Position numbers and translations under genes: made by a program. DNA of 17,740 nt from Candidatus Methylomirabilia bacterium (GTDB lineage Bacteria > Methylomirabilota > Methylomirabilia > Rokubacteriales > CSP1-6): contig JBHIBG010000055.1 of the NCBI GenBank assembly GCA_046758965.1, positions 1 through 17,740 of the forward strand, read 5' to 3'. Positions 16,243 through 17,740 of the stretch are shown one piece after another; the first letter of the stretch is position 1; the number at the start of each line of letters is the position of its first letter. Under the pieces are notes generated by a model, which saw only the letters and a list, made by a program, of their open reading frames with translations, searched no databases and was not told the DNA's origin.

Positions 16243-17193
16243 CTACTTACCCAATGCTTTCTTGTAGGCCGTGTAGTCGCGGTCCCACACGGCGCCGAAG
16301 GCAGGGCCGTCGAGATAGTCGATCGAAGTGCCGCTACGCGCGGCGAACCGCTTGAACGCCTTGTCGTTGACGATCTTCGCCAGCGCATCCCGTAGCTTCT
16401 CGACCGCCTCGGGAGGCGTTCCCTTGGCGACCGCGAGCCCGGTCCACGGCACCATGACCACGCCGTAGCCCGCCTCCTTCGCCGTCGGCGTATCCGGCAG
16501 GACCTCGCTGCGCTCGGCAGTGAACACCAAGAGCGGCTTCATGGTTCCCGCCTTGATGTGCGAGATCACCGCGTTCACGCTCGATGAGCTGACCAGGTGA
16601 ACGTGGCCGCCAAGGGCCAGTGGCACCGCCTCGCCGTCCCCCTTCGCGGGGACGAATTTCAGCTGGATCCCGGCGGCCTTGGCGAACGCCGAGGCGGCGC
16701 GCCACGGCAGCGTCCTCGCGGCGGCCGCAAAGGTGATCTGGCCGGGTGCCTTCTTCGCCGCCGCGATCAGCCCGTTGATGTCGCTCCACGGCTGGCCCTT
16801 GTTGGAGGCGAGGACCATCGTGCGGGCGGAGATCTGCCCGATCGGGATGAAATCCCGCGGCATGAAACCGACATCGCGCGCCACCGGCTGAAGCACTTGG
16901 TTCCCGACCGTGGTCACCAGCACGGTGTAACCGTCCTTGGGGGCATTGAGCACTGTCTTGGTGGCGATCGTGCCGACGCCACCGACGCGGTTAACTACCG
17001 CCACCGGCTGGCCGAGGTACTTGTTGGCGAAGCTTCCCACCATCCGCCCGATGATGTCGGTGCTGCCGCCTGCGGGCCACGGCACGACGAAGGTGATGGG
17101 TTTGGCCGGATAGTCCTGGGCGCCGCTTGCCCCGCCGACCGCGAGGACGCCGACGGCAAGCCCGGCAAAGAGCAGATGCAAGGGGTGTCTCAT
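16243..17193 (-). CDS. tctC: Tripartite tricarboxylate transporter substrate-binding protein (Bug/TctC family)
   Basis: Signal peptide, 'YPAKPITFVVPWPAGGSTDIIGR', 'LGQPVAVVN', 'DGYT' and 'LPDTPTAKEAG'. SD GGAGGAG. Confidence 0.96.
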   Translation of the reverse strand: MRHPLHLLFAGLAVGVLAVGGASGAQDYPAKPITFVVPWPAGGSTDIIGRMVGSFANKYLGQPVAVVNRVGGVGTIATKTVLNAPKDGYTVLVTTVGNQVLQPVARDVGFMPRDFIPIGQISARTMVLASNKGQPWSDINGLIAAAKKAPGQITFAAAARTLPWRAASAFAKAAGIQLKFVPAKGDGEAVPLALGGHVHLVSSSSVNAVISHIKAGTMKPLLVFTAERSEVLPDTPTAKEAGYGVVMVPWTGLAVAKGTPPEAVEKLRDALAKIVNDKAFKRFAARSGTSIDYLDGPAFGAVWDRDYTAYKKALGK

Positions 17194-17436
17194 GGTTCTC
17201 CTCCCGTGTCGTTACGCGTTCCCTCCAAGTCTGCCGGAAACATCACGGGTAATTTAAGGATAACCGGGCGAGCCCACGCCAGGGGGGAAGGGAGATCGTA
17301 TCGGTGGCGAATTCCCAGAGCATAAAGAGGTTGGCCACGAAGACCAAACGGGAATTAGCCCGCCCCACGAAGTCTCCTCCCCTTCAGCGGCCATTCGGGC
17401 CGCCGGGATGTGTTCTCTCTTCAGCCTGTTCGTGAC

Positions 17437-17465
17437 CGTATACCACACTCAGATCGGGCTTTCAA
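17437..17465 (-). promoter_or_regulatory. Candidate sigma70 promoter for the tct cluster
   Basis: TTGAAA (17465-17460), 17-nt spacer ending TGTGG, then TATACG (17442-17437). Confidence 0.5.
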
Positions 17466-17740
17466 GCACCCGAGTGCGTAGGCAAAAGAACAACCATTGT
17501 CGGACCGGCAGACCCGGGGGGCCCGGCTTCAGGCGAATCTACTGACCTAGATAGCGCCCCACGATTTGGAGGCGTCGCGCGCCGGGGATGCCCTGCCGAG
17601 CGAATCCGACGAGCCGTAGCCGGCGGCGAAGCGCAGGACGCCGGAGCGCTCCGAGCAGGCCAACAACGTTGGGCTGCGAGGACACAACCCCCCGCCTCGG
17701 GGGGATGGGGCCAACGGCCCCAGCCCGGGGGCTCATCAGG

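Noticed and set aside
119..17325. Many long plus-strand ORFs (e.g. 268..1368, 2117..3331, 11025..12062, 14391..15659)
   Set aside because: These are antisense shadows of well-supported minus-strand genes, as expected in high-GC DNA.
17290..17425. Glycine-riboswitch-like fragments (GAGAGA, CGCTGAAGG, CTCTGG)
   Set aside because: The conserved CUCUCAGG segments and P3 architecture are missing. Kept only as an unclassified structured leader.
17539..17740. Hammerhead ribozyme at CTGATGAG, and the 65-aa ORF 17539..17736
   Set aside because: No GAAA follows stem II. The ORF is Arg/Pro/Gly-rich with no recognisable motif.

Overview
GC-rich bacterial window that is almost entirely on the minus strand. 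From right to left: a tripartite tricarboxylate transporter whose tctC-tctB are separated from tctA by four enzyme genes (MLE-subgroup enolase, LLM oxidoreductase, FAH-family hydrolase, signal-less aryl-sulfate sulfotransferase), with an internally deleted tctA relic left directly behind tctB. Next come a scrap region containing an internally deleted IS110-like element, an FMN alpha-hydroxy-acid oxidase and a SnoaL/NTF2 protein. A 2.7 kb module (EamA transporter plus an AT-richer EF-hand/M23 lipoprotein) is bracketed by 75-bp imperfect direct repeats. The window ends with an OsmC/Ohr-family gene and a NitT/TauT-type ABC importer. The strongest hidden signal is that the OsmC-like gene, split into two ORFs by the ORF track, has an in-frame TGA exactly at the catalytic Cys position. 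A SECIS-like hairpin follows it, so it is most likely a selenoprotein. All family assignments come from motifs recognised by eye, and no database searches were run.
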